From: Octopus sinensis
Taxonomy: Eukaryota
Assembly: GCF_006345805.1 (NCBI RefSeq)
Contig: NC_043000.1
Location: 121,396,001-121,460,000, forward strand
Direction: 5' to 3'
DNA: 64,000 nt
The notes beneath the pieces were generated by a model. The model saw only the letters and a program-made list of their open reading frames with translations. It did no database searches and was not told the origin of the DNA. Within the stretch, counting starts at the first letter, position 1. Each line of letters opens with the position of its first letter. The translations under genes were made by a program, and so were the position numbers. Shown here one piece after another: positions 1 to 16,755 of this stretch.

Positions 1-35
1 AGCAGCAGAATCAGCAGCAGCAGAAGCAGCAGCAG

Positions 36-102
<67 letters not shown>
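1..102. repeat. (CAG)n followed by (GTA)n microsatellite
   Basis: Directly visible trinucleotide runs; explains ORF 11..205. Confidence 0.95.
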
Positions 103-741
103 TGGAAGAGAAGGAAAAGGAAAGAAGAAAACTAAAGAGATATTTGATACAATAATATTGATAAGATGTGAAAAAGAAGAGGAAAAATAGAACACAGGAA
201 AACACGGGATAGGAAGAAAAAAAAACATGGGGAAAGTAGAGGATAGAGGGGAAAAAGTGTGAAAAGAGAAAATTTATGAAAAAAAAAAGTCGAATAAACG
301 ATGAAAGGAAGATCGAAAACTAGCAGAAGAAAAAAAAAAGCAACGCAACAAAAACAACAGCAGTGACAGAATTAAAATATACTTAAATTTCCTCTTAAGC
401 CTATTTTTATAAAAATTACGTCAGTGAGGTTAATTATGCAGATAAGCCAAATGCACGAAGAACAGCAGTTACGCTAGTGATAGGATATTTGAAGGAGTGA
501 GCAACAACTATCAAATTAGAATTAATTATGAGAAATTATGTTTTGAAAATGCAACAGTTGATGAGTAATATTACTCCAGTCAGTGTGAGGTGTACGAAAG
601 AGAACTGCAGGTCCATTTAGATCTTATTAGATCTTCTTGGCCAAACATTAATTTCAACATACTTAGCGATATAGTGGCGAGAAAATGATTACGAAAATGT
701 ATGAACGATACTCTCTGATATTAGGGACAAGCAGCACATCC

Positions 742-1091
742 TCTTTACTCTTTTACTTGGTTTAGTCATTTGACTGCGGCCATGCTGGATCACCTCCTTT
801 AGTCGAGCAAATCGACACCAGGACTTTTTTGCCGATTCTCTAAGTTACGGGGACGTAAACATAACAGCATCGGTTGTCAAGCGATGTTGGGGTGGGGACA
901 AACACAGGGAAACAAAAAAAAATACATATATACATATACATATATACGACGGGCTTCTTTCAGTTTCCATCTACCAAATCCACTCACAAGGCTTTGGTCG
1001 ACCCGAGGCTATAATGGAAGACACTTGCCCAAGATGCCACGCTGTGCGACTAAACCCGAAACCCTGTGGTTGGTAAGCCACTCCTGCGCCT
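742..1091 (-). mobile_element. tRNA-derived SINE, family A (A-box region deleted)
   Basis: Reverse complement reads aggcgcaggagtggct...gggtttagtcgc...gggcaagtgtcttc...gtgagtggatttggtagatggaaactgaaagaagcccgtcg, then body and tail ccagcatggccgcagtcaaatgactaaaccaagtaaaagag. Matches other copies in the window (35759, 61828). Confidence 0.85.
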
Positions 1092-1160
1092 AAAAAAGGA
1101 ATTAATTAGAGAGACAAATTATTCATATATATACACATATGTGTGTATGTAGGTGTGCGT

Positions 1161-1215
<55 letters not shown>

Positions 1216-1379
1216 CCTTGTATACCTAACGTGCCTGTGTTTCTGAATATATGGGCATAATATGTGTGTTTGTATGTGTATGTATATTTGTGTGAATATA
1301 TGTGTTGTATATGGGAGTACATGTGTAAGTGCATGTGCATGTTGTGTGTATGTATATGAGGCACATACACGTGCAAAAA

Positions 1380-1625
1380 CATACATCAACATTGTTAGAA
1401 ATAAAAGTCTTAGACTCTGTTGTCACAGAAAGTACATGTTCTATATTTGAACTGACAGGGGGAGACAACCGCCTCACCGAAATGAGGAGTAGACAGACAG
1501 TCGACAACTGATGAAGGGTTATTCTATGCGTTACTTGTCCTGTTTTCCATTTTTTCTCTCTTTGTTTACGAGTTTAACACATTTGTTTTCTTACTTCATG
1601 TTGTTTGCACAGTTGGTGACGTACT
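1380..1625 (+). mobile_element. Probable decayed Penelope-like terminal (pLTR) fragment
   Basis: Lies between microsatellites; contains ctgatgaaggg (half hammerhead core, no GAAA partner) and a T-rich 3' tail. Confidence 0.35.
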
Positions 1626-1663
1626 GTACCCATATATGCATTCATACATACATGCATTCATAC

Positions 1664-1694
<31 letters not shown>

Positions 1695-1749
1695 CACATA
1701 TATATATATATACATGCATATATATTATTTATATTATGATATATATTTG

Positions 1750-1853
<104 letters not shown>

Positions 1854-1854
1854 G

Positions 1855-2025
1855 TTAATCCAAACAAGAAAGCACAAAAAAACACAACAACGCGAGGACG
1901 TGGAACAAATATAGTATTATTGGACGCTCAGGAAAGAAGGAAAGAAGGAGGGTTTAACGTTTTCGAGCGGAGCTCTTCGTCGGAAACTTAGGAGAAGGGA
2001 AGACACAGGAAAAAATCGCCAACCG
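1855..2025 (-). mobile_element. Penelope-like terminal fragment, same family as 15660-15857
   Basis: Reverse complement is close to 15690-15857; sits between (TA)n and (TG)n; carries the CCGACGA hammerhead-like motif at 1952-1987. Confidence 0.75.
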
Positions 2026-2035
2026 CACACATGAG

Positions 2036-2086
<51 letters not shown>

Positions 2087-2884
2087 TGTGTGTGTGTGTA
2101 CCTATCTATACATATTTGTTTGCTTGTGCATTTAGCTTTATATGATTCGTGTTTATCTGCCAATGACATTATTGGAAAGAATGGCTTTTTGGAAAGCATT
2201 TTAAAGTTTGGGTCACTTTTGTGTGCGCGGGAGCATAGTAAAAATGTCACTGGTTGACATGACATTCACCTCAATGCCTTTGTGCTATTGTTCTCGCTAG
2301 TTACGATTCTAAGTCAAGTACTTGAGTTATATACAACAGTTAGGTTTCCCTAGGGTGACTATAAACGTTAAGTTCATATCTACTACGCTTATTGTTATGC
2401 TATATGTTCAGTGAATGATCAGTTATAATCAAACGGATATTGCATTCAAAATATTCGTATTAACAATTCAATAAAATATATCGATGAAATAAAATCAGAA
2501 GTGGAAGTAATCTGGATGTGGTAGTTCTATCTCTACTTGCTTACCTTTCGGGAATTGTAAAAGGATTTGATTTGTATAACCATGAAACTATCTATCGAAC
2601 GCAACAGGTAAAGTAGAATGTGCGGAATATAAGGGGTCTTACGATAGCAAGTCGAACAACAAGAAATTAAAATACAGTTAGAATATAACATCAAAAATAA
2701 AGCAATCTGTGATGAAAATATCGAGAATGTAGTGTAGTTTTTACCAGACATAGAACAATTTTGTTATTGTCGGAATTATTGCAATATGAAGTGGATGCAA
2801 TGTGTACGATAGAAATTCATTTTCGCTTTATATTTACTGATGTTGATTTATGAGCGTAGGAAAGTTTACTTTAAATGTCTATTA

Positions 2885-3362
2885 AATACAAACACACACA
2901 CCAACACACAAGCACACTCCCCAACATACAACTACACACCCCAATACACAAACACACACTACAACACACAAACACATACCCTAATACAAAAATACATACC
3001 CCAACGCACAAACACTTACCCTAATACACAAACACACACTCCAACACACAAACACACACCCTAATACAAAAATGCCCCAAAACACAAACACGCATCCCAA
3101 CATATAACCACACACCCGAACACACAAATACACACCTCAACACACAAACACACACTCCAACACACAAACACACACCGTAACGCTCAAAGACTTACCCCAA
3201 TACACAAACACACAGCCCAACACATAAACGCACACCCCAACACACAACCGTACACTCCAATAAAGAAACACACAACCGCACACACCAATACACAAACATA
3301 CAGCCTAACACACAAAGACATACCCCAGCACACAAACACACACCCAAACACACAAACACACA
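2885..3362. repeat. Degenerate CA-rich minisatellite (about 19-bp units, acacaaacacacaccccaa-like)
   Basis: Visible reiteration of the unit. Confidence 0.8.
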
Positions 3363-3447
3363 TATCATTTATGATAACGTGCAGAAAGATATCTCCGAGT
3401 GACAATTTAATCTTGCGTAAATATATGCATATTGCACTTAAGGAGAC

Positions 3448-3842
3448 CTATGTATGTATGTATGTTTGTATGTGTGTGTGTATGTATGTATGTATGTATG
3501 TATGTTTGTATGTGTGTGTATGTATGTATGTATGTATGTATGTTTGTATGTATGTATGAATGTATGTATGTATGTATGTATGTATGTTTGTATGTATGTA
3601 TGTATGTATGTATGTATGTATGTATGTATGTATGTTTGTATGTATGTATGTATGTATGTATGTATGTATGAATGTATGTATGTATGTATGTATGTATGTT
3701 TGTATGTATGTATGTATGTATGTATGTATGTATGTATGTATGTTTGTATGTGTGTATGTATGTATGAATGTATGTTTGTATGTGTGTTTGTATGTGTGTA
3801 TGTATGTTATGTATGTATGTATGTATGCATGCATGTATGTAT
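3448..3842. repeat. (TATG)n microsatellite
   Basis: About 395 bp tetranucleotide run; source of the MYVC/HTYI ORFs. Confidence 0.95.
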
Positions 3843-4867
3843 GTGATATACGATAGATGACATATTATATATCAGAAACTTTATACTGTTACCTTCTTGC
3901 AGTTAAGTGTCAACTGACTATTGCTGGAAGAGCTTGCCTCCATGAATAACTGCGTGAATTCACCATCTTCAACTGACTTTCAAGATACTTCATGTAGGAG
4001 CATTGTAACATTTCTGCCTTGCGTTTGCCGTATTTTTATTACCAATCATATGTGGTTGCCTGCCTTGCTCTTCATTGGGTCGATGTTGGAGCTAAGAATG
4101 CTCAGATTGATCACAGAGACTTCATAGTTTCTTGGGTAAACCTTGAAATCTCAGTTGAATGGTGACACATCGTCAGTATTGCTGAAATCCATAACTATTT
4201 CATTAACTGTTGGTAAATTTTATTTCCGCTTATCAGCAGTGAGATCCCTGTTGGAGGCGACACAGGCCTCTATTCCTGTTGGACATGTTCCTCCTCATGC
4301 TCTTTTACTTCTCATAATGCCTTGTAAGGTGCAACATAGCCTTTATTCTTTCTGATAATCTCATCGATTCTGTGCATCATCTCAGGTACCTATCTTCAAT
4401 TTACTGCATTCTGAGCCCGCACTGCGGTGGCTTGAACGCTGTCAACAACATACAGTTGCGTAAATTTCCTCTGTTGGCCCACACTTGGACGTGCACTCGG
4501 AAGCAGAATGGACCTCGTCCTTGTAAGTCATCATCGTGAGCACTCATAAATGTGAAAGAGAGAGCAGAGTTGTATGACCGTACATTTTCTTTGAAGTTAA
4601 CATAATGTGGATGTTGAGGGTCTGACAAGATCGTAAATATGCAGGACTTTCCCTTTATGGCAGCAACTGTTAAAGCATCCGTCTGATGGTCGCTCGGAAG
4701 CAAAATGTTTGGCTCTACAAAACTGACACAATGTGTTCATGTCACCACAGTTATGAACCTGAACGTTGTCTTCATTATAAGTATGAGTATTTACTAAATT
4801 TATTAATTCTTCCATTCTGCACTTCATTCGTTCTTTGCGAACATTTGCTTCTTCAGTTTCTTTCTCT

Positions 4868-7528
<2,661 letters not shown>

Positions 7529-7537
7529 ATATATATA

Positions 7538-7576
<39 letters not shown>

Positions 7577-7837
7577 GTGAGAGAGGTGATAAGAAATGGA
7601 GCGATGATCAACAATGAGAAGTGGATCATTGTTAATCATTGCTACATTTTTTATCGTCTGTATATTAAACCACGGTTTTATCTGTAAATTACCTACTACG
7701 GTATACCTTATAGCGAGGACCATACATACTGAGGTAATACACCAGGAGTGCATACGGATACATCTATCTCTTAGATGGTTGCATAAACTCTAACTTATAT
7801 ATATACATATATATGTATGTATATGTATGTATATGTA

Positions 7838-8505
<668 letters not shown>

Positions 8506-8511
8506 TGCCAA

Positions 8512-8651
8512 ATTTCTTGAGTCTTTCCCAATAGCTTATATGCTGCACAGAGGCCATCTTCTTCGTATAGCTTCGTTGGATCGCCTCAAGTTCTGTGATT
8601 AACTTGACACTGGATGGTGACCATAGCTGAGAGCAATAGTCAAAGTGGCTT
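8512..8651 (-). mobile_element. Short internal LINE fragment
   Basis: Near-identical over about 120 bp to 18527-18664 (HFDYCSQLWSPSSVKLITELEAIQRSYTKK). Confidence 0.9.
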
Positions 8652-8764
8652 AGTCAAAGTGGTATAGTAGGGTACACTTGCACAAGGTGACACGCAGTGG
8701 GACTGAATAGGGAACCATGTGGCTGGTGGGCAATCAAATTACTACATGCAATTCCTGCACCTCT
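8652..8764 (-). mobile_element. SINE family A 5' fragment
   Basis: cacttgcacaaggtgacacgcagtgggactgaa...gaaccatgtgg matches the family A head. Confidence 0.75.
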
Positions 8765-8790
8765 AATATATATATATATATATATATATA

Positions 8791-9303
8791 CTAGCAGTAT
8801 CGCCCGGCGTTGCTCGGGCTTGTAAGGGAAATAACTATATAAGCATTTTTAGAGAGTTACTTCCCTTATAGATGCTAATTCGGGCTTTCTTAGCCATTTC
8901 TGTTTTGGTGTCTTCAAGCCATGAAGTCGTTGTTCTAAAAGAACGCTGGTCTCCTTGACAACGCTTTACAACGTTGATTTCCTTACACTCCCTTCCCCAC
9001 AGCTTCACGAGGGAGGGAAGAAGGGGGAGAAGCAAACAAGTGCAGGTGCGACCATGGACGCCAACTCCGCTGCCATCGACACACAAAAAATTATGCATTA
9101 TAATGGAATAAAAAATGATGTTAAATTATTTTTAAAATCGTAGACTCATCGTAGACGCGAGCTAGTACTCAGACGGGCTCGATATGAATCACGACTATAA
9201 GATACCCGAATTTGGTTAAACTGCACCGCAAAATGTGGGACTAGTTAGGAATCTAAATCGAAGGGGACAGACACTCACACAACTACAGTTTTATATATAT
9301 AGA
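8791..9303 (-). mobile_element. Complete non-autonomous Helitron
   Basis: Minus strand begins A|TCTATATATAT, ends with hairpin cccgagcaacgccggg about 8 nt before CTAG|T; no TSD; inserted between A and T. Confidence 0.9.
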
Positions 9304-9554
9304 TATATATATAATTTTGACATGTCTAGTGGGAGTCATTATTCCAATATTATTGGCACAGGCACTCATTCAATTCCACTCATGTTTTCTTAGTAACGAA
9401 GTAATCGATTGCTTGTTTAACTTAATTAAAGAGGAAGTCGTATATTTTGTTTTTGTTTCTTACTTTTTCAAATTTCATTCGTTGCTATTTACAACGTCTT
9501 CAATTACTTTTCTCTTAGTCCGCAGCGGAGGCCCCGTTTGCCTGTCTCCCTAGA

Positions 9555-9589
<35 letters not shown>

Positions 9590-9849
9590 GTATATAATAT
9601 ATATAATGTAAGAAACAAAAACAAAATATGCATACATATAATGCCATTTAATACATAAACACATAAACACACGCCCTACAAAGCATATTTAAAGTTTCTT
9701 TGTCTTACTTCGTAGGTGAAGCTTCGAAATAATTCTCAATGTACATAATAAATGTTAGATCCTACAGTGAGTCCGTTTTCGTTAATGTTTATTTTCTATC
9801 TAATCGAAGGTAATTATTTTAAAAACTATATATATATATATATATATAC

Positions 9850-10212
<363 letters not shown>

Positions 10213-11315
10213 GTATATATATATATATGTATATATATATGTATGATGTATGTATGTATGTATGTATGTATGTATGTATGTATGTATGTATGTATGTATA
10301 CAGACATCCATACATATGATCATACACACCTGTGTCTGAGTGTTTCTGTGTTTGCTTATTGTATTTACGTGAATATAATTTTGTAGATGTATATATATAC
10401 ATATAAACGCATGTTTGTGCGTATATAATTATTGCAATGAAACTCCAAATAACAACATGCATCCATAAAAATATTTACATATGAAGATTAAACTACGTAA
10501 TTCTGTATCAATTTATTGATTCTTGTCCCTTTACAAACACAAACATTTAATTTAAAAAGAGATGAATTCAAAATATTTTCTGATAATAGAAAATCACCCC
10601 CCGACTTTACTTTTCCTTCTCCTCTTCATACTCCATTACTTGTTTTTTTTGTTATTTTTTGTAATATTTTCTTTTACTACTACACTTCATCTACCGATGA
10701 GCAACCGAATAGATAAACGCATATGCGTACATACATACATACATACACACAGGTACATAACTACAATAATATACATAAACATATAGACAGACAGGGTGGA
10801 ATGGAATAATGGGAATCGAGAGAAATCATTGGAAGAAATATATCGTACACATTTAATCCATGCTTTGAAGATTAGAAAAATTTAGTCTCTCGTATTTGTT
10901 ATTGTCAATAATATATTTTCTTTATTGATTTTGTTATTCTATTGATTTATATCAGTAATTTTCTCCACATTTCAAACATTTCCAATAGCGCAAACGTTGA
11001 AACTGTTTCATAAATTATCGATGAAATATTTTTAAACGTATTTTTTTTTTCCATTACGTTTCATAGAACCAGATTTCTCTCATATGCTTTTTTAACTTTC
11101 TTTTATGCATCTCCCATTTTTCGGCACATTTTCCGCTGTGCATGAAACATAGATTATTATTTTTGTTTTTGTTGTTGTTGTTCACTTTTATCACTATTGA
11201 TTTTGAAATAGATCTGTCAATCATATAAATTTATTTCCACTCTTTAGTCGGTTGATGTTACTTATAAAAGTTTGCACTTCATATATCCTTGCACCTAACA
11301 CTTTATAAATAAAAA

Positions 11316-11354
<39 letters not shown>

Positions 11355-11594
11355 TACACATGAACATATAAGGATTTCTATAAACTAATCTATTCGATGT
11401 ATTGATTTCTTACCTTACCACAATGAGAGAAATGATTGAGGCCCAGCGTATAGTTGGGTGAATCGATTGTGTGTAAATACATTACACCAAGCTCCGATGT
11501 TGTGTTCATTTGTAAACTCGAAACTAAGTAGACTTGAATTTAGATGGTAGAGATGTGATTAAACCTTGGAAAATATTGGAGACAAACATACACA

Positions 11595-11722
11595 CATATC
11601 CACTGACAAGCTTTGGTCGACCTGAGGCTATAGTAGAAAACACTTGCCCAATGTGCCACGCTGTGGGACTGAACCCGGAACTATGTAGTTGGTAAGCAAG
11701 CTACTTACCACACAGGCGCTCC
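11595..11722 (-). mobile_element. SINE family A 5' part
   Basis: Matches family A head; B-box-like gggttcagtccc on the minus strand. Confidence 0.8.
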
Positions 11723-11814
11723 ATACATATAATGGATTGTGAGGTGGGGAGAAAGATTAGGGTATGAAAGGAATGCAGTGCTTCCATAAACTAACTTCAA
11801 ATAATAATAAATGT

Positions 11815-12057
11815 GCCCTTTTAAAGCCTAGCCAGGCTCATGGGCCCGGTTTCCCGGTTTCAGTGGCGTATGTGTTCGCCAGATCGACGGGTCACCAGTC
11901 CATCGCAGCGTTACTCATTTATGCCAGCTGAGTGGACTGGAATAACGCGAAATGAAGTATTTTGCTCAAGAACACAACGCGTCGCCCGGTTCAGGAATCG
12001 AAACCACAATCTTACGATCATGATGCTGACACCCTAACCACTAAGCCACGCGCCTCC
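11815..12057 (-). mobile_element. tRNA-derived SINE, family C
   Basis: Head ggcgcgtggcttagtggttaggg...tttcgattcc (A/B boxes), central ccagtccactcagctggc..aatgagta, then gcgatggactgg...gaaaccggg 3' part. Confidence 0.8.
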
Positions 12058-13225
12058 AACGTAAACCAACTTACTGGTTGTTTAAGTAATATAATACACC
12101 GCTCGCTGCAGTTTTGAGGCATTTTCCCAAATTGTTACACTCAGCAGCTTTAGGCAAACATTACTATGTGTTTTAGCCTTTGTTCTAGATTGAAGATCTC
12201 AACGATTTACAGAGGAGAGAACGTTCGTGCTTATCTCATAAATATTTGAGAGCTACACTAATTCCAATGTTACAACTGGGAATTAAGATGTGTATTTGTG
12301 CATGCTTGGTAGTAGATTACGATTATTTTCCAAAATAAACAGAGAGTAAATGAAATTCTGTTATGGTATTAGCATTCTCAGATTTTAACTGTATTAAGAT
12401 GTTTGTTTATCAACAATGTAAACATGGTAAACAGCTAAATCTTTACAAGTACCATTATAAATATTTGTTCAAAGTAACAGAAGAAAGCAAAAGTATGTTT
12501 CTTAATCCGGTAAAAGCAGATTTAAAAGCACGACTATTTGAAAATATATTAATCTCCATCAAATATAGAGAAATATGATTATATATATATATATATAATT
12601 TTTTTTTTAATTTTCAAGCACACGTATTGCTTCATTTGTTGACAGTATTATTCCCATTTTATTTTGCCTGTACGTGTATTTATGATTCCTGAGTTTCAGA
12701 TTCCTCTTTCGTATTTCGGAACCATAAAAAAATATTTCTAATTAGTTATTTTGATACGAGAATTAATTAGAATTGGTTCCCATCGCTTATTGACGCAATA
12801 TTTTCGCATCAATCATACCGAATATATGGCTCTGGGAGAAATATTAAGAAGTTAATGACTGGATTGTTGGGTCTTACTGATTACAAATATGGTAATCATA
12901 ATGCGAACTAGAAGCTAACGAGCAGAAATAAAGAATATGCACCCTTTGCTAAAACGTTAGCTAACTGTGCAATAATATGAATTTTTAACGTAACATTCAA
13001 TTATATTTCCTTATAAATTAGTATTGTAGTTAACCCATGTATAATGGTAATCAACCCATATACCATAGTAATAAATATGTTATTTAATCCTTAATTTGTT
13101 AAGTATGTTGGGAGGAAAGTAAGTTAAGTTAAGGGGGAAAACAGCATTACAAGGTTATATTTGACACAATGTATAGACTTACGAGGAACGATCTGAATAA
13201 AGGAATAAATATCAAGCGATATTTG

Positions 13226-13261
<36 letters not shown>

Positions 13262-13298
13262 TGTATGTATGTATGTATGTATGTATGTATATATATAT

Positions 13299-13460
13299 AC
13301 AGGCGCAGGCATGGGTGTGCGGCAAGTAGCTTGCTTGCCAGCCATATGGTTCCAGGTTCGGCCCCATTGCGAGGAACCTCGGGCATGTGTCTTCTACTAT
13401 AACCTCGGGCCGACCGAAGCTTTGGATTTGGTAGAGGGAATCAGAAAGAAGCCGTCGTAT
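13299..13460 (+). mobile_element. SINE family A 5' half
   Basis: aggcgcagg...ggttcggcccc...ctcgggccgacc...gaaagaagccgtcgtata. Confidence 0.8.
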
Positions 13461-13469
13461 ATATATATC

Positions 13470-14010
13470 GAGACCAAGTTTCAATATCTGGCCCGCCTGT
13501 TCAGGCATCGATGATACCCACCTACCCTGGTCTTGAACGCCCTCGCCCGCGCTCTTCGCATCGACCCTTTCTCCTTCCTCTCACCCACCCCCAACCGCAC
13601 TCCCTTTCCCCTCATTTTCAACCCCTCTACTCTACCCCTTCGTCGGAAGATACTACGTGCCTTCCGTCGTCTCCAGCTCGATCCCACGACCCGGTTGCAT
13701 TAAATGCAACCTCTGCAGAATGATGTATATAGGACAGATGGTACGTCGGTTGTCAGACCGATTCGCCGAACATCTAAGGGATTTCGTCTACGGTCCAACT
13801 CCCGTCGCACGTCACTTCCGCTCGGCCAGCCATACCCCGATGACATCTCTGTGTTTCATCTCGCCCCACACAACGGTCCTCCACAATCCAGGCTTCACTT
13901 GGAGCAACCTTTCATTTTCACTCTACAGACCAATACCCCACACGGACTCAACGCAGCTCCCTCCTCTTAGTGTCTGCGCTCCACCTCTCCCCACAAGAAA
14001 TTTTTTTTTA
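13470..14010 (+). mobile_element. Degenerate Penelope-like element: RT end plus GIY-YIG endonuclease
   Basis: Translates across frameshifts as CIKCNLCRMMYIGQMVRRLSDRFAEHLRD...PVARHF...RLHLEQPFIFTLQTNTPHGLN, the PLE GIY-YIG pattern. Confidence 0.85.
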
Positions 14011-14029
14011 ATATTGTGTCCTTATACAG

Positions 14030-14534
14030 AAACACACACACACACTCACGTATCCACGAACACACCTACTTCCAACACACCACACACATACAACCTACAT
14101 GCTCATGTACGCACACATACTTCCACCCCTATACACACACCACACACCCACACCCTCCATGCGCACACACACATGCCCGTGCACACACACCAACAAGCAA
14201 TACTCATACAGATACGCACACTCTTATAATCACCTAGCAGAGACACACATATACACGCACGTAAACGCACACACGCACACAAGCACGCGCATGTACATTA
14301 CGCCCACACAATTCCAGAAAACCCCCACACACACGCATACATTCACACACACACACATATACATACGTACACACATACATACATTCATACATACATACAT
14401 ACATACATACACACACACATACACACGCATACACACATAGACACACATACATACATGTATACACACATACATACACATATACTTACATACACACACACAC
14501 ATACACACATACACACATACACACACACATACCC

Positions 14535-14565
<31 letters not shown>

Positions 14566-15545
14566 TACACACATACACACATACACGCATGCACACATAC
14601 ATACATACACATACATACACACACACATACATACATACATACATACATACATACATACACACACACACTTACACACATACATACATACATGCATATGGGG
14701 TTGGCTGTATTGCAGGCGTGCCTCAGTGTGTGTATGTGTGTGCCTGTGGATTCGCATACACCTACACCATTTTTTTTCATTATTTTTTCAATTATAAAGT
14801 GTGTGCTTGCATACATATATATACATACATATAAACATATAAACATATAAACACACATATAAACCTCTACATTTGTATACACACGCACATATATACATAA
14901 ATTCACTCGCACGCACGTATACACACACGCACACACGCATACATTTACATATATATACAATACACGCATAGACATACACACGTACAAACACACACACACA
15001 TACGCGCACAAAAAACATGCGCACACATAAGCATGCACACATCAAAACTCTCAACCCCACGGATACACGCATATACATCCCTATACGCTTACACACACAC
15101 TTACAAACGCACACATACACGCACACACAACTACACGCACATACATACACACATACACAAATGAACCCACACATACATCACATACACACGGCACACATTT
15201 ATGCATACATGCACACAATTATACATACATATCTATACACACACACGCACGTACAAGCACATACGCACACATACACTAAGCTAAGCACTGTTACTCGCCA
15301 CACACCCAAATTCTACGCATACACACACACACACACTACAAACAAAACACACACACATACCGCTTTGTTTCTGACCTGTGGCGGAAACAAAAACACCACT
15401 CCTTATTCTTACATACTGGCCAGCTACTTGCCAGTTGTTCGCCATACACACACACCACACACACACACGTGTCATCATTGCACACATCCACACACACACC
15501 CGCAGACCTCCGCGCACGCACACATCCACACATTCCCCCCTCACT
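14030..15545. repeat. 1.5-kb compound (CA)/(CATA)-rich array inside the PLE 3' region
   Basis: Visible; separates the GIY-YIG end from the pLTR-like 15545-15857. Confidence 0.9.
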
Positions 15546-15855
15546 TGCGTTGTCTTTGACATACTACCTACTGTCTTTGAAAGCCCTCTTGTCTTTAAAA
15601 AACATTATTCTTCCACCTTTCTACTTCCGGTCTTTCAATATGTGACCTCGTGAGTACCGCTGCCGATGTTTTTCCTCTGTCTTGCCTTCTCGGGATCTTT
15701 CCTTCTCCTATGTTTCCGACGAAGAGCTCCGCTCGAAACGTTAAACCCTCCTTCTTCCCTTCCTGAGCGTCCAATAATACTTTATTTGTTCCACGTCCTC
15801 GCGTTGCTGTGTTTTTTTGTTGTTTTTTTCTTTGTGTTTTCTTCTTTGGATTAAC

Positions 15856-15857
<2 letters not shown>
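15545..15857 (+). mobile_element. PLE 3' terminal repeat with hammerhead-like motif at 15712-15746
   Basis: GUUU-CCGACGA-A-GAGC ucc GCUC-GAAA-CG-UU-AAAC; ends at (TA)n; matches 1855-2025. Confidence 0.75.
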
Positions 15858-15924
<67 letters not shown>

Positions 15925-16034
15925 TAGTAAAAAGTGAAAAAACTACAGAAGGCTTAAAGGTTAAAAAATATATATTTGAGTCAATATGTGAGAAGAATAT
16001 TAAAAATTTTTTTCTTACAATGACATAGTTTAGA

Positions 16035-16071
16035 AGAAAGACCGGTTTCGCGTTTAGCTTTTCAAATTTCT
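16035..16071 (-). ncRNA. Minimal type I hammerhead, U3:A8 core variant
   Basis: AGAAA(U)-UUGAAAA-GC uaaac GC-GAAA-CCGG-UC^-UUUCU; palindromic stem III ACCGGU; one extra U next to stem I. Confidence 0.65.
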
Positions 16072-16181
16072 AACGTCGTTATGTTTATGTTGAACAGAGT
16101 TATCGTTATGTTTATGTTTAAAAGAGTTCTAAATAAGGGGAGGTAATGAGTGATTTCTTCCGGTTTAAGGGAGATAATCGC

Positions 16182-16661
16182 TTAAAATTTTTTGCCTTTC
16201 CCTTGGTGTGAATTTCTCTGTATCAGTATGTTGAGATGGTTAAGTCTGGGCTTGTACTTTTCAATGAAGAATGTTTCCTTGTTTAGTCTAATTTGTGTTG
16301 ATGATCCGATAGCACATTGGTAAAATGGAAAGATTAAAAATTGTTGTAGTAGTTGCTTTGCGCATTTCTCAATGTGCTCACTAAAAGGTATCATTCTGTA
16401 TTCTAGTATTGAAATCTGTTGTCGATGCAGTGTGCATCTTCGTCTGAGTGATAGTCCCGTGGATCCCACGTAGTCTTGGTGGCAGCCCGAGCATTTTATG
16501 ACATAAATTATGTTTTCAGAGGCACAAGTAAAGTTAGATTTGATCTTGAATTTCTGTCCCTCTTTGAAGAGGAATTCTGATCCTTCTAGCAGGTTTGGAC
16601 ATGTTGCACAGTTCGATCTACCACATTTTTTTACTTTTGCATCTGTAATTTCAGAAAACAA
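16182..16661 (-). pseudogene. Penelope GIY-YIG endonuclease domain
   Basis: CGRSNCATC...FTCASENIIYVIKCSGCHQDYVGSTGLSLRRR...ETFFIEKYKPRLN. Confidence 0.92.
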
Positions 16662-16755
16662 TTTTGCCTTTGTGAGAATCTTTTTAAGTGATTTAGGTTG
16701 TTTGTAGCTTTTAAAGATTTGGTGTATGTTTAGAATTTCCTTTAATTTGTGGTCT

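Noticed and set aside
1503-1540. ctgatgaagggttattct hammerhead half
   Set aside because: No GAAA or stem III; at most a dead relic.
7574-7790. Unique island between TA runs with a NNEKWIIV motif
   Set aside because: Only a faint resemblance to the Helitron DNRWVVPYN motif; no splice or ORF support.
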